NCBI GenBank assembly: GCA_026184295.1 | Contig: JAHCJK010000003.1 | Span: 14,226 to 78,225, forward strand | Direction of reading: 5' to 3' | Length of the DNA stretch: 64,000 nt | From: Planctomycetota bacterium | GTDB lineage: Bacteria; Planctomycetota; SZUA-567; H5-PLA8 | Part shown: positions 1 to 10,578 of the stretch, in pieces | Layout: the number at the start of each line of letters is the position of its first letter | Numbering within the stretch: the first letter of the stretch is position 1 | The notes under the pieces: model-generated | What the model was told of the DNA's origin: nothing | The model's input: only the letters and a program-made list of their open reading frames with translations | Databases searched by the model: none | Translations under genes and position numbers: made by a program

Positions 1-1
1 G

Positions 2-361
2 GCGCAGGACCCCGCGGAGGAACTGACCCGCATGGGCGGCGCGAAGGCGGTCGTCGCGACCGTGACGGCGGGCGACGCGATGAAGGCGGCGCTGGGCGGC
101 CTGGGGGTGAACGGCAACTTCATGCTGATCGGCGCGACGACGAGCCTGGAGGTGAACCCGATCTTCCTGCTCAGCGGGCGGCGCGCGGTGACGGGCTGGT
201 ACTCCGGCACGGCCATCGACAGCGAGGACACCCTGGTCTTCAGCGCGCGCACGGGCGTGCGTTCGATGAACGAGGTCTATCCGCTGGAGCGCGCGGCCGA
301 GGCGTACGAGCGCATGATGAGCGGCAAGGCGCGCTTCCGCGTCGTGCTGACGATGGAGTAA
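2..361 (+). CDS. Zn-dependent alcohol dehydrogenase (MDR family), C-terminal part; 5' end lies outside the window
   Basis: The translation matches the C-terminal Rossmann/dimerisation region of MDR alcohol dehydrogenases. The frame stays open to the window edge and the codon usage is typical. Confidence 0.7.
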   Translation, partial: AQDPAEELTRMGGAKAVVATVTAGDAMKAALGGLGVNGNFMLIGATTSLEVNPIFLLSGRRAVTGWYSGTAIDSEDTLVFSARTGVRSMNEVYPLERAAEAYERMMSGKARFRVVLTME

Positions 362-365
362 GCGG

Positions 366-1511
366 CTACTTCTTGGCTTCCTTGCGGGCCTTGGCGACCA
401 GGTCTTCGATCTGCGCCGAGGTCGTGAATTCCTTGAAGCGCCCCGTCTTCGGGTCCACCTGCTGAACCTGGTAGACGGGCGCGGCCGGGTTGGCGCGGTT
501 CTCGCTGACCGTCCAGAGGGCCGAGCCGTCGGACGAAGCCGAGACCTGGTTCCCGTCGGCCGTGTTGAGCGCGAACGGCGCGCCCAGCGGCCGCGCCGGA
601 GCGGGCCCGGGCGTCCAGACCAGGAGCTGGCAGACGCCCTGCGGCGAGCGCGAAAGCAGGATCAGATCCTTGCCGCCGGGCGCGGGGGCCATGCCCGCCA
701 GCCGATCGTCCCCGACCGGCTTGTACTTCTCCACCGAGCCCGCGCCCTTCGTATAGGCGTACACTTCATGCATGACGCAGGTGAACATCCGCGCGCCCAG
801 CGCCACGGGGTTGGACTCCATGCAGCCGCCGTGGGGAATCTTCTGGCCTTTCAGGGTGAACTCGCCGGTGGGCTCGTTGCGCCGGAAACCCACGAGTTCC
901 TCGCGGACGCCGTCGGGCTTCAGCACCACCAGGCCCATCTGGCCGTTCTCGCAGGCCACCGCGATCACCCGGCCGGCCGCGGCGTCGTAGCGCCACTCGT
1001 TGAAATCCCCGTTGCGGGCGATGGCCTTGGCCTGGCCGCCTTCGGCCGGCAGGGCGTAGATCGAACGCCGCATGGCCACGATCGCCTTCTGGCCCGTGCC
1101 CGCGTTGCTGGAGATGCAGGTGCGGCCGTCCGGCAGGCACGCCGGGTCTTCGCGGGTCTCCTTGTCGAACAGGATCGTCTTGCCGTCGGCGGTCAGCGCG
1201 GCGTAGCGAGGCGCCGCGTCGTAATTGGGAAAGCGAACGACGGCATCGGCGGGCAGATCGCAGAGTTTGACGGCCTTGCGTTCGGCCAGATCGACCTTGT
1301 AGACGGAATCGATCTTCATTTTCTCGCCGTAGAAGAGCAGCGCGACCTGGTGCTCCGGATCGACGTGGATCGTGCGCGAGAGCTTCAGCCAGCCGCCGCC
1401 GGAGGCTGGTTCGGACGCCGGCGCGTTCGCGGGCGTGGAAGGCTCCTCGGCCCGCAGGCCCGCCGTCAGGGCGAGCACCGCGAGCATTGCACCATACGCA
1501 CGGATCTTCAT
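366..1511 (-). CDS. secreted hypothetical protein (beta-propeller-like)
   Basis: An internal ATG gives an N-terminus MKIRAYGAMLAVLALTAGLRA, which is a signal peptide. The 381-aa product has coding-like composition and no recognisable catalytic motif. Confidence 0.6.
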   Translation of the reverse strand: MKIRAYGAMLAVLALTAGLRAEEPSTPANAPASEPASGGGWLKLSRTIHVDPEHQVALLFYGEKMKIDSVYKVDLAERKAVKLCDLPADAVVRFPNYDAAPRYAALTADGKTILFDKETREDPACLPDGRTCISSNAGTGQKAIVAMRRSIYALPAEGGQAKAIARNGDFNEWRYDAAAGRVIAVACENGQMGLVVLKPDGVREELVGFRRNEPTGEFTLKGQKIPHGGCMESNPVALGARMFTCVMHEVYAYTKGAGSVEKYKPVGDDRLAGMAPAPGGKDLILLSRSPQGVCQLLVWTPGPAPARPLGAPFALNTADGNQVSASSDGSALWTVSENRANPAAPVYQVQQVDPKTGRFKEFTTSAQIEDLVAKARKEAKK

Positions 1512-1650
1512 CGGATCGGGTCCTCCAGGTTGCTTGTAGGACGTGCCCGGCGGCGCGTCCGGGACAGCCTTTCCGAGGCCAATAACCCGATGGCGGCGCA
1601 CGGCTTTTCGCTATAATCGAAGGCCAGTTCAGGCGGAGGGAGCCCGCACG

Positions 1651-2460
1651 ATGGCCGCGCTGAAGATCGACGCCGACGCGCTCTTTCGAGCCGTCGTATC
1701 GCACGATTACAAGCTGATGGGCTATTACCTGGACCTGCGCACCGGCGAGGTGCGCTCGCAGACGCTCTCGCCCGACCAGGTCAAGGACGTCCCGCGCGGG
1801 CCCTCGGTCAAACCGCTCCCGGCCTTCGGCCACGACATCAACGAACGCAAAGGCGACGCGCCGTTCGGACCGCCGCCGGTGGCCGCCGGGAAAAAACCGG
1901 ACCTCTTCAAGGACGACGGCCCCAAGAAGAACGACTTCGAAGGCGGCTTCTGGAAGCGCGACGGCGGAAAGAAGCTCGATCCGTTCGGCGACGGCGGCTA
2001 CCGCAAGGAGAGCGCCACGAAGAAACTCGCGGAACTTTTCGGCGAGAAAAAGGACGGCGCACCGCTGAAGGCCGATCCCTTTGCGCCCAAGGGCGGAAGC
2101 CCCGCGCCCAAGGCGTCCACGCCCGCCCCCGCCCCGTTCGAACCGGCCCCGGCGCCGATCAACGAGGCCGAACCGCTGCAGCGGATTCCGCCCGCGAGCG
2201 AAGAGCAGATGACGGAGTGGATGCGTTACTTCGCGAAGGACTGCGGCGACCCCGAGATTCGCGAGAAGCTGCTGGCCGCGCTCGGCGGCGCCAAGCCGCT
2301 CGCGGGCTACGAACGCGTGCTGCGCAACTACCAGCGCATGAACCAGCAGTGGGACCGCTACCTGTACAAGCAGGCGCTGCATTATGCCGCGGCCTGGCTG
2401 AAGGACCTGCCGATCCAGTGGGAGATCGTCGAACCGAACGAGCCCGCCCGCCCCGTCTGA
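1651..2460 (+). CDS. hypothetical protein with Lys-rich, DPF/DLF-repeat central region
   Basis: The ORF is trimmed to the ATG at MAALKIDAD. It is divergent from the neighbouring minus-strand gene. The centre is low-complexity (KKxDxF repeats) and the C-terminal domain looks globular. Confidence 0.55.
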   Translation: MAALKIDADALFRAVVSHDYKLMGYYLDLRTGEVRSQTLSPDQVKDVPRGPSVKPLPAFGHDINERKGDAPFGPPPVAAGKKPDLFKDDGPKKNDFEGGFWKRDGGKKLDPFGDGGYRKESATKKLAELFGEKKDGAPLKADPFAPKGGSPAPKASTPAPAPFEPAPAPINEAEPLQRIPPASEEQMTEWMRYFAKDCGDPEIREKLLAALGGAKPLAGYERVLRNYQRMNQQWDRYLYKQALHYAAAWLKDLPIQWEIVEPNEPARPV

Positions 2461-2581
2461 CGCCGCATTTCCTGCGGCATGCCGAGAGCCAAGTGCTTTG
2501 CATCTGGCCGGAAATTTGCGACAACTCTATCTGGGCGCGCCAACTCGTTCGGGCTTCAACGGCACGTATCGCGAGGTGTTC

Positions 2582-4354
2582 ATGGTTCAGCACGCTGCAC
2601 TAAATTCGTGGGTCAAAGAATGCGAGCGCCTGCTCAAACCCGAGCGCGTCGTCTGGTGCGACGGATCGGAGGCCGAACACGAGCGCATGGTCCGCGAGAT
2701 GCTCGATTCGAAGACCCTGCTGCCGCTCAACCCGAAATCGTATCCCCATTGTTACCTCCACCGATCCGTTCCGAACGACGTTGCGCGCGTCGAGGGTTGC
2801 ACCTTCATTTGTTCGTCCAAAAAGGAAGACGCCGGCCCCACCAACAACTGGATGGCGCCCGCGGAAGCGAAAGACAAGGTCCGGCCGATCTTTGAAGGCA
2901 GCATGCGCGGCCGAACGATGTACGTCGTGCCTTACCTGATGGGCCCGGCCGCCTCGCCCTTCGCGAAGGTCGGCGTCGAGATCACCGATTCGCCGTACGT
3001 CGTCGCCAACATGCGCATCATGACGCGCATGGGCGCCGTCGCGCTGGAACACCTCGGCTCCGGCGGCGACTTCGTCCCGGGGATGCATTCGACCGCGGAT
3101 TTGAACCCCGACCGCCGCTTCATCCTGCACTTCCCCGACGAGAACCTGATTTGGAGCGTGGGCTCGGGCTACGGCGGCAACGCGCTGCTGGGCAAGAAGT
3201 GCTTCGCGCTGCGCCTGGCGAGCGTGCTCGCGCGCCGCGAAGGCTGGATGGCCGAGCACATGCTCATCATGGGCGTCGAAGACCCCCAGGGCGAGGTGAC
3301 GTACGTCGCGGCGGCCTTTCCCAGCGCGTGCGGCAAGACCAACCTGGCGATGCTCGTCCCGCCGGCCTCGCTGCCGGGCTACAAGATCTGGACCGTCGGC
3401 GACGACATCGCGTGGCTGCGCGTGGGCGAAGACGGCCGCCTTTGGGCGATCAACCCCGAGGCCGGGTTCTTCGGCGTCGCGCCGGGCACGAACACGCATT
3501 CGAACCCCAACGCGATGCGCTCGCTCGAGCGCAACACGATCTTCACCAACGTGGCGCTGACGCCCTCGAACGAGCCGTGGTGGGAAGGCATGGATGGCCC
3601 CGCGCCCCCGGGCACCCTCGACTGGCAGGGGCGCCCGTACGATCCGGCCTCGGGACAGAAGGCCGCGCATCCCAACGCGCGCTTTACCGCGCCCGCGCGG
3701 CAGTGCCCGATCGTCAGCAAACACTGGGAAGACCCGAAAGGCGTGCCGATCTCGGCCATCATCTTCGGCGGCCGGCGCAGCCGCGTCGGGCCGCTGGTCT
3801 ACGAAGGGTTCAACTGGCAGCACGGGACCTTCATGGGCGCCTCGATGACCAGCGAGACCACGGCGGCCGCCGCCGGCGCGGTGGGCGTGGTGCGCCGCGA
3901 CCCCATGGCCATGCTGCCGTTCTGCGGCTACAACATGGGCGACTATTTCCAGCATTGGCTCGACATGGGCAAGGCGATCCCCAGGCCGCCGCGCATCTTC
4001 CACGTCAACTGGTTCCGCAAGAGCGCCGGGGGCAACTTCCTCTGGCCGGGCTTCGGCGAAAACCTGCGCGTGCTCAAGTGGATCATCGGGCGGGTCAAGG
4101 GCGAGGCGCTGGCCGTGGAGACCGCGCTCGGCTTCATGCCCACCGTCGAGGACCTGGACCTGGAAGGCCTGGACATCGGCTTCGCCAAGGGCCGCGCGCT
4201 GCTGAGCGTCGATTACGACGCGTGGCGCGAGGAGATTCCGGGGCTGAACGAGTTCCTCAACAAGTTCGGTTCGAAACTGCCGGCGGGCATCCACGACGAA
4301 GGCAAGGCGCTGGCCAAGCGCCTGGGGCCGGAAGTGGCGAACTGGGTGATCTAA
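2582..4354 (+). CDS. pckG: phosphoenolpyruvate carboxykinase (GTP)
   Basis: The 590-aa product has a strong signature of GTP-dependent PEPCK, including the kinase-1a motif [14 protein letters not shown] and the region '[13 protein letters not shown]'. Confidence 0.92.
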   Translation: MVQHAALNSWVKECERLLKPERVVWCDGSEAEHERMVREMLDSKTLLPLNPKSYPHCYLHRSVPNDVARVEGCTFICSSKKEDAGPTNNWMAPAEAKDKVRPIFEGSMRGRTMYVVPYLMGPAASPFAKVGVEITDSPYVVANMRIMTRMGAVALEHLGSGGDFVPGMHSTADLNPDRRFILHFPDENLIWSVGSGYGGNALLGKKCFALRLASVLARREGWMAEHMLIMGVEDPQGEVTYVAAAFPSACGKTNLAMLVPPASLPGYKIWTVGDDIAWLRVGEDGRLWAINPEAGFFGVAPGTNTHSNPNAMRSLERNTIFTNVALTPSNEPWWEGMDGPAPPGTLDWQGRPYDPASGQKAAHPNARFTAPARQCPIVSKHWEDPKGVPISAIIFGGRRSRVGPLVYEGFNWQHGTFMGASMTSETTAAAAGAVGVVRRDPMAMLPFCGYNMGDYFQHWLDMGKAIPRPPRIFHVNWFRKSAGGNFLWPGFGENLRVLKWIIGRVKGEALAVETALGFMPTVEDLDLEGLDIGFAKGRALLSVDYDAWREEIPGLNEFLNKFGSKLPAGIHDEGKALAKRLGPEVANWVI

Positions 4355-4399
4355 CGCACTTAGGCTAAAGATCGCAGCCCGGACCCGTAAGTACGTAGC

Positions 4400-4681
4400 A
4401 TGGGACCCGTGTGGAGCTATCTGATTAGCTGGGCGATTCTAGGCGTCCCGTTCATCTTCTGTCTCTTGAAATCACACAAGAATGAGGCGCAGATTCTTCC
4501 CGACTGCGTGGCCATCGTCCTCGGCGTCATGCTCCTTCTTTATGCGGGCATTGCGATACCCTCCTACGGACCTCCACACCGAGCCGTGATCTTCGTACTT
4601 TTCCTACTTCTACCTGCACCGATGATTTTCCTGTGCCTCCGCAAGATACTGCGGAAGGGCCTCACCTTTCTTCGAAGATAG
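4400..4681 (+). CDS. small hydrophobic membrane protein (hypothetical) in a low-GC islet
   Basis: The 93-aa ORF has two predicted TM helices. The local GC is clearly lower than the flanks. Confidence 0.35.
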   Translation: MGPVWSYLISWAILGVPFIFCLLKSHKNEAQILPDCVAIVLGVMLLLYAGIAIPSYGPPHRAVIFVLFLLLPAPMIFLCLRKILRKGLTFLRR

Positions 4682-4972
4682 GGTGTGAAACCCATTGCCA
4701 TTGCTGCCGTTGTATGAAAATTGATCGCGTGAAAATTCTCTTTAGCAAGATTCCTGTTCCAATCTATAGAGCCTGCGATACGGTTGTGCGTTCGCCGTCC
4801 CCAGGAAAGGAGGTGCGCCGTGGAAGACTACCTCATGCAACACCCTGTTGCGCCGCGCACGCTTCCTTTCGCGATCCGGAACTAACCGAGTTCTTCTCCC
4901 GGTTTCCGATGCGTTGAAGGACCGCCGCGCGCGGCGCGTGGACCTTCGTCACGCACTCGGAGAACGGACCTC

Positions 4973-5512
4973 ATGTCCTTTGCCACTCTCGAAGCGCCCG
5001 GGCGCGTTCCGTGCCCGGAGACCGCCGTGGACCGGCTGCACGCGCGCGTCGAACGCATGGCGCGCCATTACGCCGGACGCAGCGGCGAAGACGCCGACGA
5101 TCTGATCCAGGAGGCCTGGCTGGGCCTGCTGGAAGGCCTGCGCGCCACCGATCCGCGCATCGGCGATCCGTACCAGTACCTGCTCCGCCGCGCCAAGTGG
5201 CGCGTGCTCGACGCCCTGAAACGCGCGCGCGTGCGGCGAGCCACCGCGCTCGGCGAAGACCTGGAGCCGGTCTTGGACGATTGCGGCCGGGCGCGGACGC
5301 CCACCGACGACCCGGCCGACGGCGTCTCCTCGCAGGAGTTCTCGCGCGAACTCAGCGGCACGCAGCGCGCGATCCTGGGCTGCCTGATGGACGGGCTTAC
5401 CTGGCGCGAAGCCGGCGCGCGGCTGGGCTGTTCGTCGGCGAACGTCTGCTACCACGTGCGCGAAATCCGCCGGCGCTACGAACGCTGGAGCAATTCCGCG
5501 GCCGCCGTTTAG
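4973..5512 (+). CDS. RNA polymerase sigma factor, sigma-70/ECF-like
   Basis: A region-2-like motif 'DLIQEAWLGLLEGL' and a region-4 HTH 'LTWREAGARLGCSSANVCYHV' are both present. Confidence 0.75.
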   Translation: MSFATLEAPGRVPCPETAVDRLHARVERMARHYAGRSGEDADDLIQEAWLGLLEGLRATDPRIGDPYQYLLRRAKWRVLDALKRARVRRATALGEDLEPVLDDCGRARTPTDDPADGVSSQEFSRELSGTQRAILGCLMDGLTWREAGARLGCSSANVCYHVREIRRRYERWSNSAAAV

Positions 5513-5641
5513 CACCGCGCCCGCGGCGTTCTACATAGAGACCGTGGCGCAATGGTGCGCCGACGAAAGGAGGTGACCGGTGTTTAAGGTTTACTTCACC
5601 CTCGGAGCAGGGTGCCGGTAGCAAGCTGCCGGAAAAGCTCC

Positions 5642-5689
5642 GCGGGCCGCCGGGATGGCGTCGAAGGAGCCGGCGGCCCGCGTCTTTTT
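5642..5689. terminator. putative bidirectional rho-independent terminator
   Basis: A 12-bp GC stem (gcgggccgccgg ... ccggcggcccgc) is followed by TCTTTTT. It lies between convergent genes. Confidence 0.5.
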
Positions 5690-5700
5690 CAGGTTAGGAA

Positions 5701-6039
5701 TTATTTCGCGAGTTTCTCGAGCGCCTTCTGGTTCAGCACGTCCATCCCGCCGAGCGGAATCGTGAGCGGGAAGCTGGGCACGGCCTTGTCGAGCTCGGCC
5801 AGGTCGATGCGGCGGGTATCGACGAAGAGATCGGGAAAGGACTCGAGGCCGTTCTTCTTCAGGTAGGCGATGGCCAGGTCCGGCAGCGGGACCTTCTGCG
5901 CCAGCACGTCTTTGCTCACCATCATCGGCAGGTCGAGCACGAACGCCTTGCCGCCGGCCTCGCAGTTCAGCTTCAGGCGAAAGCCGGTGGTCAGGCCCTT
6001 GGGCGTCTCGTCCACGATGCTGACGATGGTAAGTTCCAT
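5701..6039 (-). CDS. hypothetical protein (112 aa)
   Basis: A clean ORF with balanced composition, lying downstream of the transporter gene on the same strand. Confidence 0.5.
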   Translation of the reverse strand: MELTIVSIVDETPKGLTTGFRLKLNCEAGGKAFVLDLPMMVSKDVLAQKVPLPDLAIAYLKKNGLESFPDLFVDTRRIDLAELDKAVPSFPLTIPLGGMDVLNQKALEKLAK

Positions 6040-6129
6040 GCCGCGCCCCTTCCCGCCTGCCGGAGGACGCCCGCCGTTATAGCCGTCCTCGCCTCCGGAG
6101 CAATGGGGCGCCTTGCGTTTCCGTTTCGG

Positions 6130-7401
6130 CTACGGGAGCAGCCACAGGCAGGCCATCGCCACCAGCGTGGGCAGGAGGGCGGTGAGGGCCAAGCGCAGCG
6201 GGCTGATGCCGTCGGGCTGGAAGCGTTCCTGCAGGATCGAGAAGCCCGCGGGGTTCGGGGCGTTGGCGATCACGGTCAGGCCGCCGCCGGCCACCGCGCC
6301 GGCCACCAGCGCGTACTTGAAGGCGTCGGTGACGTTGTCCACCTGCGAGCCGAGAAATGTCAGGGCCGCGTTGTCGGTGAAGGCCGTGAGCGCCGTCGCG
6401 CCCAGGAAGAGCGCCGTGGGTTCGAGGGAGCGGATGACCGAGTCGAGCCACCACTTCTGGAAGCCGCCCAGCACGACCAGGCCGGCGAGGAAGAAGCCGA
6501 CGAGCAGGCTCTCGCGCAGCTTGAGCGGTTCCTGCCAGCGCTTGGTGATCGCCGTCAGGCCCAGGAAGTAGAGGAAGAAGCCCAGGAAGATCTTGGGGTG
6601 GTGCGAGGTCAGCACGACCAAGGCGAGGAAGACCAGGTGGGCCGCGATCACCCAGATGGGGATGGGCTGGTCCTTGGGCGCGTTCTCGGGCTCGGACAGG
6701 TACTTCAATTCCTTGCGCAGGATCATCGTGGCCGCGAAGGCGTTGATCACGACCGCCAGCGCCGACTTCCAGCCGAAGTGCACGAGCATGAAGCCGATGT
6801 CCCACTTCCAGGTCCCCGCGACCATCAGCACCGGCGGCGCGGCGAAGGGCGTCATGGTTCCGCCGATGGAGACGTTCACGAACAGCACCGCGAGCGTGAT
6901 GTACATGAAGCGCCCGCTCATCTGGCGGTCGTAGTAGCGGCGCTTCAGGATCATCGCGGTCACCGTCATCGCGGCGGGTTCGGTGATGAAGCTGCCCAGC
7001 AGCGGCCCGACCACGAGGCAGGTCAGGTAGATCGCGATCTCGCGGTGGAACGGGATCAGCTTCGCCAGGCCGAAGATCGAGCCGCGCGCGAAGCGGATCA
7101 CCGGGGCCGTCGCGGCCACGGTCATGATCGCGAAGACGAAGGCGGGCTCGGTGAAGTTCTGGTGGTCCAGGTGCTCGATCGCCTCGTGCCAGCCGTTCAA
7201 AAAAGCGAAGACGATGACCAGGACGCCGGCCCAGAAGCCGAAGACCGCCTCGACTTCGCCCAGCAGGTGGAAGACGCTCGCCCCGACCGAGTCCTCCGGG
7301 AACTTGTGGGAGATGTGCAGGAAGCGGCTGCAAAGGAAGGTGTGGACGATCGCGATGGCAAACAACGACGTCGCGACGATCTCGATGGTCGTGGGTTGCA
7401 T
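6130..7401 (-). CDS. polytopic membrane transporter (ArsB/NhaD-like permease superfamily, family uncertain)
   Basis: The 423-aa product has 10-12 hydrophobic helices. The start is taken at the ATG of MQPTTIEI. No soluble domains are present. Confidence 0.7.
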   Translation of the reverse strand: MQPTTIEIVATSLFAIAIVHTFLCSRFLHISHKFPEDSVGASVFHLLGEVEAVFGFWAGVLVIVFAFLNGWHEAIEHLDHQNFTEPAFVFAIMTVAATAPVIRFARGSIFGLAKLIPFHREIAIYLTCLVVGPLLGSFITEPAAMTVTAMILKRRYYDRQMSGRFMYITLAVLFVNVSIGGTMTPFAAPPVLMVAGTWKWDIGFMLVHFGWKSALAVVINAFAATMILRKELKYLSEPENAPKDQPIPIWVIAAHLVFLALVVLTSHHPKIFLGFFLYFLGLTAITKRWQEPLKLRESLLVGFFLAGLVVLGGFQKWWLDSVIRSLEPTALFLGATALTAFTDNAALTFLGSQVDNVTDAFKYALVAGAVAGGGLTVIANAPNPAGFSILQERFQPDGISPLRLALTALLPTLVAMACLWLLP

Positions 7402-7638
7402 GAGCCTCCGGGTGAGCGCATGACGCTGCCAGATGGCGGCCCGACCATCCACGTGCCTGCATCGCCTTGCGCGACGCACCCTTCAGAGCCCGTCCCTTGC
7501 ATGACCGGCCCGGCCCCCGTGGGGCGGAACCCTGATACCTGAGGCACGCCCGGGCTGCAAGTCGGGTTTGGCCGGAATCCACGGAAACTCGTGCCAGCGC
7601 TTTACTTCGAGTGCCCATGCCCTTACAAAACAACGCCC

Positions 7639-9390
7639 ATGGAGATCCTCAAGGGCATCCCCGTCTCCCCCGGCGTGTACATCGGCGAGGCCTTTCTGCT
7701 CGTCGGGGAGGAAGTCCGTATCCCCGAACGATTTGTGCCCGCGGAGAAGATGGACAGCGAGGCCAAGCGCTTCGACGATGCCTGCGCCAAGGTCGGCACC
7801 CAGCTCGACGCGATCCGCGGCGATACCGAGTCGCAACTCGGGCCGAATTTCGCCGCGATCCTTTCGGTCCAGACGCAGCTTTTGCGCGATCCCTCGCTGC
7901 GCCAGCGCATCCTCGACAAGATTCGCAAGGACCATTACTCGGCCGAATACGCCGTCGCCAAGACCCTGCGCGACCTGGCCAAAGTGATCGCGGCCAGCGA
8001 CAGCCCGGTGATCGCCCAGCGCGCCTCCGACATCTTCGACCTCGAAAAACGCCTGCTCAACGACCTGCTGGGCGAACAGCGCGAGGACCTGGGGCACTTG
8101 CAACGCCCCGTGGCCCTGATCGCCCACGACCTCGGCCCGTCCCAGACCGCGGCGCTCGACCGCACCAAGGTCCGCGCGTTCGCGACGGACGTCGGCGGGC
8201 GCACCAGCCATACGGCGATCCTGGCGCGCGCGCACGAAATCCCCGCCGTCGTCGGCCTGGAGACGATCACCACCGACGTCGCGGGCGGCGAGACCGTGAT
8301 CATCGACGGCAACCGCGGGATCGTGATCCTGCGCCCCGACGAGCGCACGCTCGCGCGCTACCGCAAGATTCAGCAGGAGTTCGAGGCCTTCGAGGCCACG
8401 CTGATCAAGGACAAGGACCTGCCCTCCGTCACGCAGGACGGGCGCGAGATCCACGTCCTCGGCAACATCGAATTCCCCGAAGAAGTCCGCGGCGTGCTCC
8501 AGCACGGCGCGCAGGGCGTCGGCCTTTTCCGCACGGAGTTCCTGTACCTGAAGAGCGGCGTGATGCCGGACGAGAACGACCATTTCGAGGCGTACCGCAA
8601 GAGCGTATCGAAGCTGAACGGCCGGCCGCTGACCGTCCGCACGCTGGACCTCGGCGCCGACAAGATCGACCGCAACCAGGCCTACAGCGAGCCGAACCCG
8701 TTCCTGGGCCTGCGCTCGATCCGCCTCTCGATGAAGCGCCCGGAGAATTTCCGCACGCAGGTGCGCGCGATCCTGCGCTCGAGCACCCTGGGCAAAGTGC
8801 GCCTGCTGCTGCCGATGATCACCGCCATCGACGAACTGCGCTGGGCCAAGGGCGTCGTCGAGGAAGTGAAGGCCGAACTGGCGGGCAAGAAAGTCCCCTT
8901 CGACGAGAAGATCCCCGTCGGCATCATGGTCGAAGTGCCCTCGGCCGCGCTCCAGGCGCAGGCCATGGCGCGCGAATGCGACTTCCTCTCCATCGGCACC
9001 AACGACCTGGTCCAGTACACGCTGGCCGTGGACCGCGGCAACGAACACGTCGCGCACCTGTATACGCCCGCGCACCCGGCCGTGATCCAGTTGATCAAGC
9101 GCGTCGTGGACGCGGGCCTGGAATTCGACAAGCCCGTCGGCATGTGCGGCGAAATGGCCGGCGAACCGGTCTACACCATCCTGCTCCTGGGCCTGGGCCT
9201 CAGCGAACTCTCCGTCGCGCCGCCTTCGATCCCCAGCATCAAGCGCATCATCCGCACGCTGAAGTACTCCGACTGCCAGTCCGGCGCGCAGGAAGTCCTG
9301 AAGATGGACGACGCCAACCAGGTTCTCGATTACCTGAAGGAACTCGCGCGCAAACTGCTCCCCTCCGACATCCGCTTCGGCGGCATTTAA
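7639..9390 (+). CDS. ptsI: phosphoenolpyruvate-protein phosphotransferase (PTS enzyme I)
   Basis: The N-terminal HPr-binding domain, the PEP-utilising His domain (GGRTSHTAILAR) and the C-terminal PEP-binding TIM domain are all recognisable. Confidence 0.9.
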   Translation: MEILKGIPVSPGVYIGEAFLLVGEEVRIPERFVPAEKMDSEAKRFDDACAKVGTQLDAIRGDTESQLGPNFAAILSVQTQLLRDPSLRQRILDKIRKDHYSAEYAVAKTLRDLAKVIAASDSPVIAQRASDIFDLEKRLLNDLLGEQREDLGHLQRPVALIAHDLGPSQTAALDRTKVRAFATDVGGRTSHTAILARAHEIPAVVGLETITTDVAGGETVIIDGNRGIVILRPDERTLARYRKIQQEFEAFEATLIKDKDLPSVTQDGREIHVLGNIEFPEEVRGVLQHGAQGVGLFRTEFLYLKSGVMPDENDHFEAYRKSVSKLNGRPLTVRTLDLGADKIDRNQAYSEPNPFLGLRSIRLSMKRPENFRTQVRAILRSSTLGKVRLLLPMITAIDELRWAKGVVEEVKAELAGKKVPFDEKIPVGIMVEVPSAALQAQAMARECDFLSIGTNDLVQYTLAVDRGNEHVAHLYTPAHPAVIQLIKRVVDAGLEFDKPVGMCGEMAGEPVYTILLLGLGLSELSVAPPSIPSIKRIIRTLKYSDCQSGAQEVLKMDDANQVLDYLKELARKLLPSDIRFGGI

Positions 9391-9636
9391 CGCCTCTATT
9401 CACCGCGGAGACGCGGAGCACGCAGAGAACAGCTCAAGCCAGACGAATGAAATGCTGCACGGCGAAGCCGATCCAGCCCTGCCCCCTGTGCCCTGATCCC
9501 TATCCCCTGCCGTTCCGTTGCACCCGTGCTCGAATTCCGCGCTAACGCCCTCTTGACCAAAATCGAACTTTTCGCGAAAGTGGACGCTTCGTGGCCGCGC
9601 TGGGAGCGCGCGAGGCCGCGCACGCGAGGAACCTCC

Positions 9637-10449
9637 ATGATCGAGAAGTGCCTGATCGGCATCCGGGACGACACGCTGGGCGCTTCGTGGCAGGAAGCTT
9701 TCGCCGATGCCAAATCCGTCGGCGCCGAATGCCTGGAACTCGACGTGCCCGCGACGTGGCGCGACTACCCCATCTACAGCACCAGCGGACGCAAGAAGCT
9801 CAAGGAGCTTGAGGCCGCCAGCGGCGTGAAGCTGGTCTCCATCTGCCTCGGCGCGTTCTGGAAGCTCTCGCCGTCCTGCCCCGACGCGAACGTGCGCGGC
9901 CAGGCCGAAGCGCTGCTCGCCGAGACGATGCTGGCCTGCGACGCCTACGGCGTCCCGCACATCCTCGTGCCCTTTACCGACTGGAAGGGCGAGCCGCCGC
10001 TGCACTACAACGACCAGAAGCAGGGCTGGGTGAAGGTGCTGACCTCGCTGAAGGACCGCATCGGCAAGGCCAAGACGAAAGTCGGCTTCGAACTCTGCGC
10101 GCGCGACTTCGCGCATTCCGTCCAGCACGGCCTGGAAATCCTCGCCGCTTCGAACACGCCGGCCGGCGCGGGCATCTACTACGACACCGCCAACGGTTCC
10201 GGGCGCGGGCACCTGGCCGAACAGGACATCCCCAAGCTCGCCGGCACCAAGCGCCTCGCCGCCGTGCACATCAAGGACACGGGCGGAAGCCACCTGGGCG
10301 AAGGCAAGGTCAACTGGCCGGAAGTGAAGAAGGCGCTCGAGGCCGCGCAGTATGCGGGCCCCTTCGTGCTCGAAACGCCCGGCGGCGACGACATGATGGC
10401 ATCGGCAAAGAAGAACCTGGATTTCGCGAAGAAGCTCTTCCGGGGCTGA
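9637..10449 (+). CDS. sugar phosphate isomerase/epimerase (xylose-isomerase-like TIM barrel)
   Basis: The 270-aa product matches the AP-endonuclease-2/xylose-isomerase-like TIM-barrel fold. Confidence 0.75.
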   Translation: MIEKCLIGIRDDTLGASWQEAFADAKSVGAECLELDVPATWRDYPIYSTSGRKKLKELEAASGVKLVSICLGAFWKLSPSCPDANVRGQAEALLAETMLACDAYGVPHILVPFTDWKGEPPLHYNDQKQGWVKVLTSLKDRIGKAKTKVGFELCARDFAHSVQHGLEILAASNTPAGAGIYYDTANGSGRGHLAEQDIPKLAGTKRLAAVHIKDTGGSHLGEGKVNWPEVKKALEAAQYAGPFVLETPGGDDMMASAKKNLDFAKKLFRG

Positions 10450-10578
10450 CGGATCAGCGAAGAAACTCTTCCGCTGCTGACGAACCAGGCAGGAACCGCT
10501 CTTATCCTTCCAGATTGCGACCTACAGACGGTCAGTAAGCTCGGTCTCATCGTCCCAGCATAGCTCGTCTGGCTGTTA

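Noticed and set aside
766-2382. 538-aa minus-strand ORF and an overlapping 282-aa plus-strand ORF (768..1616)
   Set aside because: They lie antisense to or overlapping the well-supported secreted protein and hypothetical genes. The translations are Arg/Ala/Gly-rich low-complexity sequence typical of alternate frames in high-GC DNA.
2600-4368. 564-aa minus-strand ORF (2600..4294) and 405-aa plus-strand ORF (3151..4368) inside pckG
   Set aside because: They overlap a high-confidence pckG gene and give R/A/G/P-rich nonsense translations.
6077-7633. 518-aa minus-strand ORF (6077..7633) and 479-aa plus-strand ORF (6103..7542) over the transporter gene
   Set aside because: Alternate or antisense frames of the membrane transporter, with low-complexity RG-rich translations.
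7483-9545. Long ORFs 7483..9075 (-) and 7611..9545 (+) overlapping ptsI
   Set aside because: ptsI in its own frame has an unmistakable domain signature. The others are high-GC frame artefacts.
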